Positions 13,384 through 26,550 of a stretch of DNA of 64,000 bases are shown here, one piece after another. Source of the stretch: Orbicella franksi (lineage: Eukaryota); NCBI GenBank assembly GCA_964199315.1, contig OZ116699.1, forward strand, positions 12,214,001 to 12,278,000. The letters run 5' to 3'. The first letter of the stretch is position 1. The number at the start of each line of letters is the position of its first letter. The notes under the pieces are model-generated. The model did no database searches. It was not told the DNA's origin and was given only the letters and a program-made list of their open reading frames with translations. A program made the position numbers and the translations under genes.

Positions 13384-16300
13384 TAACACCGAACAAGCAG
13401 AGTCGGTATTTTGACGTATTGTGTCATATCCAGCATCAGGAAGTTATATGGTCAGGACACAAAGAAGAAACTTGACACTTTTCAAAAAATCGTGTAATTT
13501 GGCCTCCAAAAAGGAGATCAAAATGTTTCTTAATAAGAAAATTTGAAGACGTCATCGCACTTAGAAAAATTTCACCAGCCCGTTTTCTCTATTTCGACTA
13601 TTTCCATGAAATCTAAGCCCCTGCTTTAGGGTTCATTGAATGAAAGAGCTGCGTGTCTGCATATTATACTTTTCAAGTTAATAGTCACACAACGTTGTAT
13701 CAAGATGTGACGAGAATTAAACATATCTATCAGTTATGGAGTTTCAATATGAGGTCATGTTACGACATAAAATACTGTGAAAGCGTGTTCAACTTGTTAC
13801 CATAAAGTCAGAGTAATTTTCCACTATTTGTGCAGATGGTCATGTTGTTATTCTCTCTTTCCATACTAATAGGTATTTAGAACAAGAGATATCTGTTTTA
13901 TCACTGGCGCAATTACATAATTATCCATGTGAATTTTCTTTCTAGGTAAGAACAGTTGTTGATCTCTTGGAATAAGAGGGCAGTCCCCTGTGCCTGCATA
14001 TCAAACGAGTAGATTACCTCGGAATAGCTCCCAATACTTGTAGCTACTTCTGTGCTGCGGATTAAGCCAATTCCACCGTAATCAAAATATCAAAATAGGT
14101 GAGTCCTTTTAACCCTTTAACACTTTTTGCTCGGTTTATTTACAAAATGCTATTTCTTAAAATATAGAGCTTTTAAAGTTGACTATTAAAGTGCCCTTTA
14201 TTATTCTGAGAAATTGAGTAATTATTCTGTGTTGCAATTTGACAGATACCATCTCAACTGAGCTTGTTGATTTTTGAAGTAAATTTGGTGCCTCTACCAG
14301 TACGTGGTAGTGAATGTGCATATAGTTGGATAATATCTGCATCTCATAAGATTTCCGTTGATTTCAAAGTCGTTAGTCACCTATTCATCTATGACAGCTT
14401 TCAAACACTTTCTGTGATGACCTTGTAAAAGTTTCAAAAGCTTAATTTTCTACACGCCGCACAGAGTCTTCAACACAACCCAGACCTGATCAAAAATATA
14501 AACCGTGCAACTTGCCAACAACTGACCAGCATGGTTGCTATGGTGAAAATCGATCATGAAATAATATTTACTATATTTCTATCTTCATGATTTTATATTG
14601 TTATTGTAGTTTTTTTATTATATTTTTACCGCGCCATTCTTGAGATTACTTGTTTAGTTGTAAACGATCGTGATCTTGTAATCCGGCGATTACAAAACCA
14701 TTAAAAAATTCAGTTATGCGAAATTTTTAGTGCTCCTGTAGGTTTTCTTTGCTACGTGAAAAAATTGAATAAACAGCTTCGGTCGACGTTATTAAATGTC
14801 GCGACTAAAATGGATTTTCATAAAAAGGTTCAACATTGGAAGCCCTTCGGTTTTAAGTCTTTGGAGCGCAGTAACCATCCTCATCCGAGTCATTGGCTCT
14901 AAATTCGATGTACCTCAACCTAAAAAAATTGAAAACTTGGGTTTCAAAATAATACAGCAACGGAGGTTGTTATAAGTGTTGGGGCGTCTATCGTGACCAA
15001 AACTGACTCCGTGTTTGCCCGATTCACTCCGCAGGCCAAGCGCTGTTGAATTTTGGCCTTCCCTTACTCGTTAGACGCGGGGTGGGGAGAGAGATATGAC
15101 GGCATCAGTATGTAATGATTATCTCCTCCCTTTTAAGGCTGTTTTGACAAGTGTCCCGATTACTTCTGACTGGATTTAACTCATCAGTGTCTTTTTGTTC
15201 ATGACAATGTTTACTGACAAGTTTTTAGAGTTCTTCTAACTTCTGTATTACAAGTGAGACCATATAACTGAAATAAGTAACAAGGTTACTCTTAACATAT
15301 GTACTCATATTTACATGTATACAATGGCCCATCGCCACTGCAGCTTAATTTCGTACTTCGCATCTGAGAACTTATATAAGAAGTGGCATAACTGTTTTCG
15401 TTGGCATGGTTTAAAAAATGGTCGAGTATTTTATATGAAAAACGTAAGCAAAAACATTGAATTTGTTCTACACGGAGTCTTTTCGAGGGGGAAACAAGAA
15501 ACTAGTCGTGGCACAAATTATTTAACATTGTGTTATTAATAATTAAAGACAAGCTTATTCATGACAAATCTTAGTCGCGCAATTATATTCATCTACGCAT
15601 GTACTTATCACTAAAAAAATATATCCTGTGATGAAACAGAATTTCTTATCTCTACAAACATCTGCCACATAGCTGCGGGAATACTGAGGAATATCCACGA
15701 AGGCTAGAGAAAACAAATTGCGTGGACCTCACCCACGCATCGCGCGTCCTTCTGAGCAATCCAAGGAAAGGAATCGTACATCCGTGTTGGTGTGAAGGTA
15801 AACAATGATTTACACGATAGCATTTGTTTTGCAATGAGAATACTGAGCTTGTGAGCGGGTAGAGAAAGGTTTGCTAACGGAAAATTTATCGACTCATTTT
15901 CACCAACCAAACTTTCTCTGGAGAGACCCTTACTGTGGCATCGAACAATGATGTCAGCTAAGAAGCTTAATCATGGGTAATTACATAGACTTTGACAAAA
16001 CATTTAAATAAAGAGCGTTTGGTACTCGTTTGAGAAATAAGCCAATTCTCACCCCGACGTTGAACCATCTTCAGGGCCAATAAGCTAGCGATGACGGAAA
16101 TTACGTTTAATTTCTCAGCGTTCACATTTACATATTTTCCCAGCTGCTTGTGATGGCACTACACTCAACTTTTCAAATCACTGTTCCATAGCAGCTTTCG
16201 AAAAAAACAATGGGACACATAGAACTAACGATCAAGGTAGGAATTTCTAATGACAAAAAGGCCAAGTAAATAGTAAGTAAGACATCCAGCTACTCTATAC

Positions 16301-18486
16301 GCTAAGCGGACGGACTAACTGACTTATTTTGGACCGATGGACATCGTTTCCTTGTATTGGTTGTATCACACTTTGAGAATTACTTTGTTAGTCAGAGGTA
16401 AGCTTATTCTCATCTAAAACATTTTGTGATGAATGTTTTTAAACACAAGATAGTATTTTGTAAGTTTGTTTCTTTGATAATCACGCTTTGTACGTGTTGC
16501 TAGTGGTCGTAGCCGCAAAAAAAAGCAAGCCGCTTTTTCATAACAAAATTTACAATTTTTTGTAACTTTTTCTGTCTATTCTTAATTTTGTATTCAATTT
16601 CTGTCGTTCTTTAGGGTCGACAGTCTCGACATTTGGTTTAAACATTTTTGGTTTGTAGCTCAGTGGCAATTGTTAATCGCACACAAGTATATGTATATAT
16701 ATTTGCATTTGTACAATGCCCTTAATTATTGTGGCTAAAAGATCTTGTCAGGCACTAAGCAGATAACGCGCCACGAAACCTAAATGGAACGCGTTGTGTT
16801 TCAAGAAGTTTCTTGTTGGTAGGTTAAAGAATAGCTGTGCTTGTTTTTCTCAACCATGTAGCAAGTTTAATAATGCAGAACTGGTTGAATGAAAATTTTG
16901 ACTCAGAGCAAATATGCTCTGATAAAAGTAAATCGACAAATATATTCCAATTGTAAAATGAGACATGCGAGTAGAATTGTTCATTGCTGCAAACAATTCA
17001 ACAAATAAACACAAACAGGAAAACTGAGCCAGTTTCTGTCCAAACTATAAACATTCACAAGGCTGTTGAACTCTTTCTACTCCTCCCCCTTTAAAAGTTA
17101 TTTATATTTCATGCTGATTTTTGCTGCTGCACACTTTGCGAACATGTTAATTTGGTATTTTAATAACGACAGGATTTATGGCAGCTGTCACTAAATTTCA
17201 ACTTGGCAGGCATTCAAATGGTTGAGGTGGTAGAAAACGGGGCAATCAACTATGAGATACGAAAATATGATGCAAAATCGATAAATCAATTAACTGTTTT
17301 CTGTCCTCAGAATAATATTCCTAATTATTGATACTCTCCCCGCAGTCTAATCACTTAGATTGCTAATGAGGTCTGAGACTGAACAAACCGAAATATATTT
17401 TGCAAGAAAAGATTAATTTACCTCAACAGAAGTGTGAATCACATTAAAGCTTGCTATCCTTTCTGATCATAAAAACACTCTATTTTGTTTATGCAAGAAC
17501 TCATGCCAGCATGTTTCACTTGTTTCAAGACAACTTTATTCGCTTAAAAATATGTATGATTGCTTGTCCTTGGCTAGTTAGCAAGCAAAATGGGGCGAGC
17601 AGGAAACTATCTTATAATCTTTGTAGACGACGATCAGAGTAGTTTCTCTATTTCATTAACCCCTGCTTTTAGTAAACAACTTAACATTCAAGAAGAATCG
17701 AACGCAGCACCCAAGGTGAGAAAAGACATTTTAAAATGGAATCTCCAAATCTATGTTAATGTTGCGGACAAAAGTTGACGGATGGTTATCTCTTTCTCCT
17801 AAAGTGATGGCAGAAAGTTGTGCGAGTGAGAAAAAATTGGTAGTTGCTGATCAAAAAAAAAAAATTGAATGTATGTTCACACATTTATTTGCACTTTCTT
17901 CAGTAATCAATTTGATCTTTCCTTTTGAGTCGTCTATTCGCCAATTTTAATCATTCATTCCGTTCATTTTCAAAGCGACAAAACCTTTGCGGTTTTACCG
18001 TCTATTTTCTGTATATAGTCTCAGTTTAAGTTGCTATTGATAAGCTAGTTTTAAATCTTCGTGACAACTGCTGATGAAATATATTATACATGTACTCGTC
18101 CTGTGCGATCTATTTGCTAAAGAAGGCAATTTAACTAAGAAAAGAACCTTTTAATTGCTTGATTCTGATTATTCTGAAAAAAAAATTCAATAATTTTTGG
18201 ATTTTAAGTTTTAAAATGATATCTTACCGCCTAAGGCTGTTATAAATAGTATTTCCATATCCTAGAGCAATTTTATTCTTTACCTAATTAAGGTTTTGCG
18301 TTTTTATTGGGTGTGGCTAATTCAGCCACTTCTTGCTAATTTTACAAAGTCTTGCTAAATTGGCCTAATATTGCAATCTCGAAACACTATGGTTACAAGA
18401 GGCCGATATCGTGATCAAATTAATATTTAAAAGAGCAACATTTTGTGGCTTACACCCTGGTCAAGATTTGAAACTGACAAACATTG

Positions 18487-18762
18487 TTACTTGTACCTAA
18501 GGGTTTTATTCATCTTTTGTAAGTCGATGTAACGCGTCGGATAATCCCGTTGTTGTGTATTCGGGACGGACATAACAAAATGATCGCCGAAGCTGAGACT
18601 TACCGCCGGATAAAGAGAATTTCCATAATTCATAAAAGCGACTAATTTAATACTGTAAACATTGACAGATCGAATTCTTAGCGATGTTTTATTTGAACAC
18701 AAGGCACTCGATGTTGACTGACAAAAAGAAAACAGCAGAAAAATGACAACGGAAAATTTCAT
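18487..18762 (-). CDS. Candidate small secreted protein or first coding exon (MKFSVVIFLLFSFCQSTSSA-LCSNKTSLRIRSV...)
   Basis: ATG at 18762 is followed by a classical signal-peptide pattern (K, hydrophobic core, SSA cleavage site). The ORF is 91 aa. Possible donors are AG|GTACAA at 18497 and CG|GTAAGT near 18603. No family recognised. Confidence 0.4.
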   Translation of the reverse strand: MKFSVVIFLLFSFCQSTSSALCSNKTSLRIRSVNVYSIKLVAFMNYGNSLYPAVSLSFGDHFVMSVPNTQQRDYPTRYIDLQKMNKTLRYK

Positions 18763-20289
18763 AGCTTTGCTTTGAACAGAGATAGAGCTTACATGTGATG
18801 TAATTTCACAATGAAATAAATGGGGCAGTTTTGGGTAATTCACGGAAACGTACTAATTACAAGTCTCTTCGGGGATTCAGGATAAAAAACACCGGAACTA
18901 ATTTACAACGTCGATGAGTCATTTTCTCTTAACCGCGTTCAATTCTTCTAATTTAGTTCAGAAAAAATTGTTCTTTGTTTTGGTTTCATCTGCACATCAC
19001 TTGGTGAAAGTTAACAGCGAAATGCGAACACGTGATATGTTTTCAGGTATCAAAACCCACTTGTGTGGCCGATTACGTTCGCTGTTTTAATAAGCCCCCT
19101 AATAATCTGCTGTCTTTCACTTTAAGACCGGATTAATGTATGCACTGATCGTTAGTTATTGAAAACAAAGCACTTCGCATGAATTGCTGGCGGTGTTCGT
19201 CAGCAGATGAAAGAGATTTGTCCCGAATATCTGGAGCGCGGAAAGTGCAGTGTCAAATGTTTTGGCACCGTCTGCTATTAAAATAATCATTGTTGCCTTT
19301 GGAACGAGCAAACAGACGCTGGTGAAGCCTGAAATTCTGATCAGTGAAGGTATTCTGCTTGTATTTGTTTAGAATCGCAGAACATCTGTCTGTTATGAAT
19401 GTAATGAACATTTTGTTGCTCGAAGAAAATTACTCGATTTGTTTTGGTCTCACCAACACAAGCCAGAACAACCGATCTACACAGCTGTGAAGAGTAAGGT
19501 TTGTGGAAACCTTGCCGCTTCGGTCAGTGAAATAGTTATTTACGTTAGCGGAGAGAGTTTTCTTTGCATGATTATTTTCTTGGAGGAAACAATTTCAAAA
19601 CCTTAATTCCCTAACTTAACGTAAATTTTACGGTTTTGGGTGTGGCATAAGTATTACTTTATTGCGACAATAGAGCGACTGGTGGTGCATCTTGCCGACG
19701 TAAAGTTGTGATGGTGAAGTTTGAATTCTTTCTTGTTTGCTTTACGGGTGAGTAAATGTTGGAGACTTGGTGTCAGCAAAACAAACGTGGAAGTCAGTAA
19801 CACTGAATTTGATGAGACTTCTGAAAAAAAGTCCTTCCCAAAATTAGATCAGACATTTAAGCGGCGAAATGTTAGTATGGAGTAATTATGTTTCGTAATA
19901 AGACGAAAGAGTGCCGCAAATCTCGAAGTAAATTTGAAAACGTTTATCGGTTAAAATAATCTGGCATCTCTAGGATTGTTAGCAAATTTTGAATGTGGTT
20001 GCTGCAATATGGCACGCTCATTAAACATTGTTACCATGAGGCTGAATTGCTCGGACGTCCTTGTGGCTAACATGTTGTCATTACTACTTTTTTGCAATTT
20101 TTTTGATTTCTGATGAAAGGAGATAAAGGGTTTCCACTTTGAAAGATTTAGTAACTGCCAATATTTCTTTAGTGATTTTTTTTAGTGGCCATAGTCATTT
20201 TATCCCCTTCTACACCACAAGATACATGGAATGATGACTTTACATGATCAATCTTTACATCTTATCTTTCCAGCCTTCAAGTGTTTAAG

Positions 20290-21324
20290 ATGATAAACAA
20301 CTCAACCGATACAGAGTTCGTTTTCAACACCAGCGATGGCAATATTGTTGCAGCATTTTTTGTCGCTGTTCTGATGCTGTTGACTCTAGTGGGAAACATC
20401 ATGGTTTGCGCCTGTTTTTACTGTTACCGTGATCTTAGAACAATTTGCAATTACTTTATCATTAGTTTAAGTGCGGCGGACATCCTGGTGGCGCTGTTGG
20501 CGATGCCGTTCTGGCTGGTATTGCAGTTAACTGACATGGATGACAAATCCAAGCAAGTATTTTCAAACGAGTTATACCTTTTCTGGAGCAGTATTGACAT
20601 CCTCGTTGGATCGGCGTCCATTATGAACCTTGTAGCAGTCAGTTTTGACCGTCACCTCGCAATAACCGCTCCATTTTCCTACAGCGAATCGCTCACCTCG
20701 TTTCGAGCTATTGTCATGATAGTTGCATTGTGGGTTTTCTCTATCCTACTCTGCGGTCTTCGACAGGCCTTTGACAAAATGGGTAAAACCTTTGCGTATC
20801 AGATGGTAGTTGTGGTGGTAAGCTTCATTGTTCCGCTGCTACTTATGTTTGTTATGTACATGAAAATCTACTTTGTAGCAAGAAATCAAGCGCTCCGCAT
20901 CGGTCGAAACTACGCCAAAGACATCAAAGCAACCAAGACCATAGCAATTGTTATTGGAGCGTTTGTTGTATGCTGGATGCCTTTTTTTGTTATAGTTATT
21001 CTGTTTGCTTTTGAACCTAATTATGACATGAAGACTGAGGCCTACAAAGCAATCAAGTGGTTGGAATACCTCAACTCGTGCTTGAATCCTATTATCTACA
21101 CCTGCTTGAACCGAACCTATCGTCGCGCCTTCAAGAAACTTTTGCTTCGTTCATCTTGCTGTTCAGGACATGGGTCATCGGACCGTCTTAATTGCGTTCA
21201 GTCTACCCAAATGTCGTTTCATAAAACCAAAGCTGAATCTCTTTCTCGCAGTTCATCTTCGATCTCCGAGAATGGAAATGTTTTCATCCAGCGAGAAAAC
21301 GGCATAGAGGGTTCCAGTGTGTAA
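20290..21324 (+). CDS. Class A (rhodopsin-like) GPCR, biogenic-amine-receptor-like, 344 aa, single coding exon
   Basis: Seven TM segments with GN (TM1), LSAAD (TM2), D3.32, DRH, W4.50, P5.50, CWMPFF (TM6) and NSCLNPIIY (TM7). N-terminal N-glycosylation sites NNST and NTS. Splice acceptor TTTCCAG ends at 20273, just 5' of the ATG. AATAAA at 21850. Confidence 0.95.
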   Translation: MINNSTDTEFVFNTSDGNIVAAFFVAVLMLLTLVGNIMVCACFYCYRDLRTICNYFIISLSAADILVALLAMPFWLVLQLTDMDDKSKQVFSNELYLFWSSIDILVGSASIMNLVAVSFDRHLAITAPFSYSESLTSFRAIVMIVALWVFSILLCGLRQAFDKMGKTFAYQMVVVVVSFIVPLLLMFVMYMKIYFVARNQALRIGRNYAKDIKATKTIAIVIGAFVVCWMPFFVIVILFAFEPNYDMKTEAYKAIKWLEYLNSCLNPIIYTCLNRTYRRAFKKLLLRSSCCSGHGSSDRLNCVQSTQMSFHKTKAESLSRSSSSISENGNVFIQRENGIEGSSV

Positions 21325-24300
21325 AACATATGTAACTGAAGGTCCAAGGCCTCACCGAGCATTGTCTGGAACATGCATTTCTCGAACATCATTTGCCATC
21401 TGCCCGAGTTGCCTTTTGAAAGAACTTTGCTACCAAGTAGACTTTGGCTGACTTTTGACATTATCCGCAGTTTCATGAGCGCCAGCTTCGTGGCATTATG
21501 TAGTTTCATAGCATAACTGTATCTGATTTGCCCACAGGATTGATGTTATAGCTCTTGACAGTTTATATAAACTTTACATAACATACTTTCAAGTGTAATT
21601 TAGAACGATTAAATGTTAAATAAGCACTAATGAGTGCGATTTATAGTCTTAGGGGAATTTATGAGTGCTTATTTACTCCACCCCCCTGAATAGGAGGGTA
21701 TTCGGTGCTTCATGATCTGTCACATGAGAGGATGAAGGATGAAAGATTTAATCCTCCATACATGCCTTATTCTCAAGGTAATTCCTCACTTAAAATAATT
21801 GCTAGACTTTTAAAGTTATACTTAAGCTTTGTCGTTGCGTGAAACGTAGAATAAAAGTTGGAAAACATTCTTTTAACTCCGTTTCAAATTCTTGGAGAAA
21901 ATATTTCTTGAAAAACTGCATTTTAAAGAAAACGAATAGAAACGTTAAGAAACAAAAAATAGCTGGTATAAGTTAGTTATTTATCTTCTTGGCAGTTCTT
22001 AGCATAAATTCAAGAAACACTTATCTTAAGTATTAAAAATTGTCGAAGCTATCATTTATATTGCCCATTTATATTAAGTGTTGTGGTAAGGCAGAAAAAA
22101 GCCGTATAGAGCAAATGTAATAAAACGATAATTCGCAAACAATAAAATAGGATCCAGAACGATACTTTAACTGGACTGCAAACATGTCAGTGCGGTCTTC
22201 CTTTTGGCTAAGGGAATGGGCGCAGTTTGGTTCAAAATTTGTGGTCACTAATAACTGCATAACAAAGGTAACCTGTTATGTCCAGTACATTGATCGACTC
22301 TCTGTGTCATGATGTTTGCAAGAAACTGGATATTTCGAATTTTTCAACAATCGATGCAACGTAATCTTGGGATGAATCATGCTAGACTTAACAATTCGCG
22401 GATGCATGAAGTGATCCTATTTACGGATACGAGTTTGAAAGACTGTTACGCTTCCCCCACACAAAAGCAGCACACTACATAACACTACACTAATAAATGG
22501 TTTACTCGCCCACCCTCCCTCTTCTCACACCCTCCATAACAGTGAACTACATGTAACAGCTAAAACACTGTCAGTGACAAAAGTCCTTTGCACCCCTTAT
22601 CAGTACAGCGGCATTAACAAAAGCTCTACTCACCCTCCTCATAAAAGTGCACTATCAAATGTTATACTTAACCTAACCCAAAACAGTCTAACGTGTTTTG
22701 CCATTTTTTTTTTTTTACAAAGGATACGCCAAACGAAATGTTAAAATGTTCTCCTCGAAGTGAAAGGTTATGTTAGTTTGCACGTCCAAATACTGAGAGT
22801 TTCACGACAATTTCTTCAGATGACGGCCGGAAATAAACCTCTAACATTTAACTGTCATGTTTTGGAAAAAATCCAGCGGTCAGAGGGGCAAGGCACATAA
22901 CAAGAACAACAACAGCTAGGTTAAGCTATTTGGATGTTAAACTGTAGAAACTGTCTGGACTTTTGAAACCTTTTTGAGTCAATGTTTTAATTATTTAATT
23001 AGCAACAAGCAAGAACGTAAGATTGCGAAAACTAAACAAAGATAGGCTTTTCTTCGGTAAACAAACTGTGACGTTTTCCCAAACAAATGGGTCACAAAAG
23101 AAAGTGGCGAGATTTCAGTAATGTTCGGAAACTTCTGTTTACTTGACCTTACAAGTTCTTGGGTAGTCAGGAAAATAGAGACTGATTCATCAGTCTTAAG
23201 GATTACTGTGGTAAAGACAGACCTCAGGATAACTTGCATTTTGTTATCTCTGCCAAACTGTTTGGTTAAGAGATGGATCGCGTGTCTACATGACGTAATC
23301 CTGAATTGGCAATCACACTGTTTACGCAGGATGTTTCAACTCACGTAGCAGAACTATAAAAGCAACCTCCTCCGCTCTCTGTAAACTGAACATAACTGCA
23401 CTTTCCGGTGTTTTGGAGAATTTTGATTTGATTTCCATCTCATTTGGTAAGTATTATTGCTATCTACAGCGTATATAGTGTAATCGCTAAGCTGGTAGTT
23501 ATTCTAAAGGACAACCAGCGCTTTCGCTGTGACAGCGGTTATGTCCTAACTGTGTTTACTTTGGTTATCAATGTATTAATTATAAAACAAATTCGCGAAC
23601 TGAAAATTTCTTTAAGTTTATATTACTTGGCTTACGGTCTGTTTACATGGAGAAGAGTTGTTCTTAGAAGTGCCATCTCTGTTCACCTCCCCACCCCCGT
23701 TCCGAGCCTTCTTTTATCGAGCGTTGACATTACAATCTTGTCCTTTTCCTTGTTGCTGAACCTGCTGCATACGCGTATTAATTATGTATGCCCAGTTTGC
23801 CCTGATGTGTCCCTCTTCGGATTAGAGAGCTTTTCATTCATCTTTTTATAAATGGTAACGGATTGTTTACATGAGACCTTTGAGGATTGAGGAGAATGTG
23901 TGACCACTCGCCTTCAAGGTAGTGACCATAGGTGGACCAACTCTTTTTCATATAAACACTATAGCTATATATAGACTGGTAATATAAGCAAGTCAGGAGA
24001 GGAGCACTATGAGGTAACGAAGTGTGCGCAGTAGGAAGGAGGATAACAGCGGCTATTAAATTCCACGCGTATTCTGCAAATCACGTGCGTTAAATACAGC
24101 TACTAACTAGCTATTATTTCATGGAAACGAAATTTGACTTTTTTCGGGAATATGGTTTATTTGCACCCTTGTAGTGTCATTTGTGTCCCTCGTTGCGCGT
24201 TGGGGCAAGAAACAATATTCCCTCAAAAAGTGATTTTATATTCCTTAAATAATGTATTTTTCTAACAAAACTATGGCTCAGTGAGCTAAATAGATTGAAT

Positions 24301-24546
24301 TTATTTAGGAAGATGCATTGTGCAACTCCGTGCATGTTGGACGACTGTCTGAAAGACTAAGAAAAACTGTCGCTCTCCTGTTTTTGAAAACTTTTTAAGT
24401 TGTTAAAAAAGGAAACGTTTTTGTTTTTTTCTTTAATAACTATTTTTTTGGCGTCTTATCCATCTACACAAATAGTTAATTTAGGAAGTGGACATTTCAA
24501 AAGTAATGAGAATTATACTAGGGCCGCGAAGCGGCCTGAACTACCA

Positions 24547-24807
24547 TTAATGTCCATGAGTTGACGAAATAACAGAACGAAGGGCGTTAAGTGATCGGTC
24601 TGCTAAGCCGTCGTTAAAGAGTTCTGTTAAGAAAATTAGAATGTCACTTATAGATGACAAAAGTGGATCAATTTGCCGTCCAGAGATACGACGAGGTGGA
24701 GGTAAGAGTAGCTGCAATGAGTAGATCGGCAACGTTTGTTGGAATGCCCTCAGCTTGGAAACGTTGGTAGAGATGTGAAACACGGCCAAGTGAAGGCGAG
24801 GATACAT
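24547..24807 (-). pseudogene. N-terminal (SAM-like) part of the DIRS tyrosine recombinase; catalytic domain absent
   Basis: DPLLSSISDILIFLTELFNDGLADRSLNALRSVISSTH matches the DIRS YR N-terminal pattern. Homology ends at about 24540. Confidence 0.75.
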
Positions 24808-24816
24808 TGGATGAAC

Positions 24817-26550
24817 TCAATTCAGGTCGGTCGGGTCCGTTAAGAGGGATGGACCGTTTGGTAGCCACACTGGCTGAGATATTAGAAGTCTCAGCAGAAC
24901 CGGCCACCAGGGCTGGGCTTGCCAAACTGGAGCAACGAGAATTAGATCATTTGGTCGATTGTTTCCTTCTTCAGGGTTTTGGATATCAGATTGAAGGGGG
25001 CGGGGGGGGGGGGGGGAGGCATAGCTCCACAGAGGAGTCCAGTTTATCGCAAAGGTGTCTGTGTGGATGGCTCCCAGGTTGGGTCTCCAACTGATGTAAT
25101 CTGCGAGTTGGTTAGTTAGATGACTCGCAAGCAGATCCGTCTGACGATTCAGCAGAAAACCCTGAATAATCGTTGGGACCAACTTCCACTCGCTCATGTC
25201 CTTGAATTTTTTCGGCTCCTTGTCCGCTGAGACGTTGTCTCCTCCTGGGATGCGAGAAGCTATCACAAGGATGTCTCTTTCCTGACACCAATCCCACATC
25301 TCTAAGGCCAGAGTCATAAGCTGGGGGAACGTGTACCCGCTTTGTTGTTGATGTAAGCGGTGGCGGTCGTGTTGTCTAACTGGAGAGATACGGTTTCGTG
25401 AGACTTACCTTTGAGAAAGGTTTTTCAGTAAAGCCTAAAAAAGGACGCCTTTAGCTCTAGATAATTGATGTGTTGGACAGACTCTTTTTGTGACCATCTG
25501 CCATTGGTCTGAAGGGATTGATGAACTGCACCCCAACCTTTCTTGGATGCGTCAGTTGTGATCATATCCGGCGGAGGAAAGTGCACGGGACTACCGTTTG
25601 CATTGAGGGTGTGTTTCAACCACCAAGCAAGTTCTACTCTGGCACTCGGTGACAGGGCAATCAAAGCGTCGTAAGACTCCTGGTTCATTTGTAGGCCCCT
25701 TCTCAGATCTGACTTCAAGAGACGAAAGTGTGGTGGAGCTCGCCAAATGGCTGGTCTCGAGGACTCTAACAGCCATATTAAACTTGCTAGGTTTCGCAAT
25801 TCGATACTTTGAGAAACGAGCAGACTGCGACAACAGTGTAGAATTTTGTCGGCCTTTTCTGCCGGGAGTGATATCATCATGCACATTGAGTCGATTTGGA
25901 AACCCAGGAAGGTTATCACGTGTGTTGGAATCAGTAATGATTTCTTGAGGATTATTGTAAAACCTAGGGACTGAAGGAGAGTCACTACCACCCGAGTATT
26001 TTTCACAGCTTCCTCCATTGTTGCAGCTAAAAGAAGAAAGTCGTCCAGGTAAATAAGGAATCGAATGGCTTTCCTCCTCAGGAATGCGGCAACAGGTTTT
26101 AGATTTTTCTTAAAAATTCTGGGAGCTGAACACAGGCCGAATGGAAGAGCTTTGAACTGGTAACATGTTCCCTTCCAAAAGAAGCGAAGGAACTTTCGGG
26201 ATTACTCGTGAACTGGCACAGAAAGGTAAGTATCTTTTAAATATATATTTGTCATAAAATCTCTGGTAAAAGCAACTTCATTAAGCAAATGAGGTTTTCC
26301 ATCTGGAAATGCTCGTTTACAATGAACTTATTCAACGGACGCAGAGATCCTCCCTTTTTGAAGACAAGAAACAGGCAGCCAATAATAACAGCAATAACTC
26401 GTTCACTTCCTGGGATATTAGGAGTGCCTCCTGACCCGATGTTTGAATAAATTCTGGAGACTTTTGAAAAGGAGTTTTGAGGAAACGTATCTTGTAGCCT
26501 GAAACAATTGAGAGAATCGGTGGGTCCCATGTAAGGGTTCTCCAAGACAC
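24817..26550 (-). pseudogene. DIRS pol: reverse transcriptase - RNase H - methyltransferase-like domain (disrupted)
   Basis: WRTLTWDPPILSIVSGYKIRF; FLVFKKGGSLRP; EHFQME; YLKDTYLSVPVHE*SRKFLRFFWKGTCYQFKALPFGL; IYLDDFLL; TFLGFQIDS; TTDASKKGWGA. Confidence 0.9.

Noticed and set aside
15673-17715. Isolated open exon-like segments (15673-15797, 17673-17715; also 45025-44847 on -)
   Set aside because: Splice signals and open frames exist, but the phases do not chain into a gene and no homology was recognised.
20281-20289. GTG start for GPCR1 given in the ORF track (likewise the TTG start at 55167 for GPCR2)
   Set aside because: These are prokaryote-style starts. In a eukaryote the ATGs at 20290 and 55236, just after splice acceptors, fit better.
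24817-25317. Dam-like methyltransferase as evidence of bacterial or phage contamination
   Set aside because: It is embedded in DIRS pol between RNase H and YR, a known DIRS feature, and the flanks are eukaryotic.
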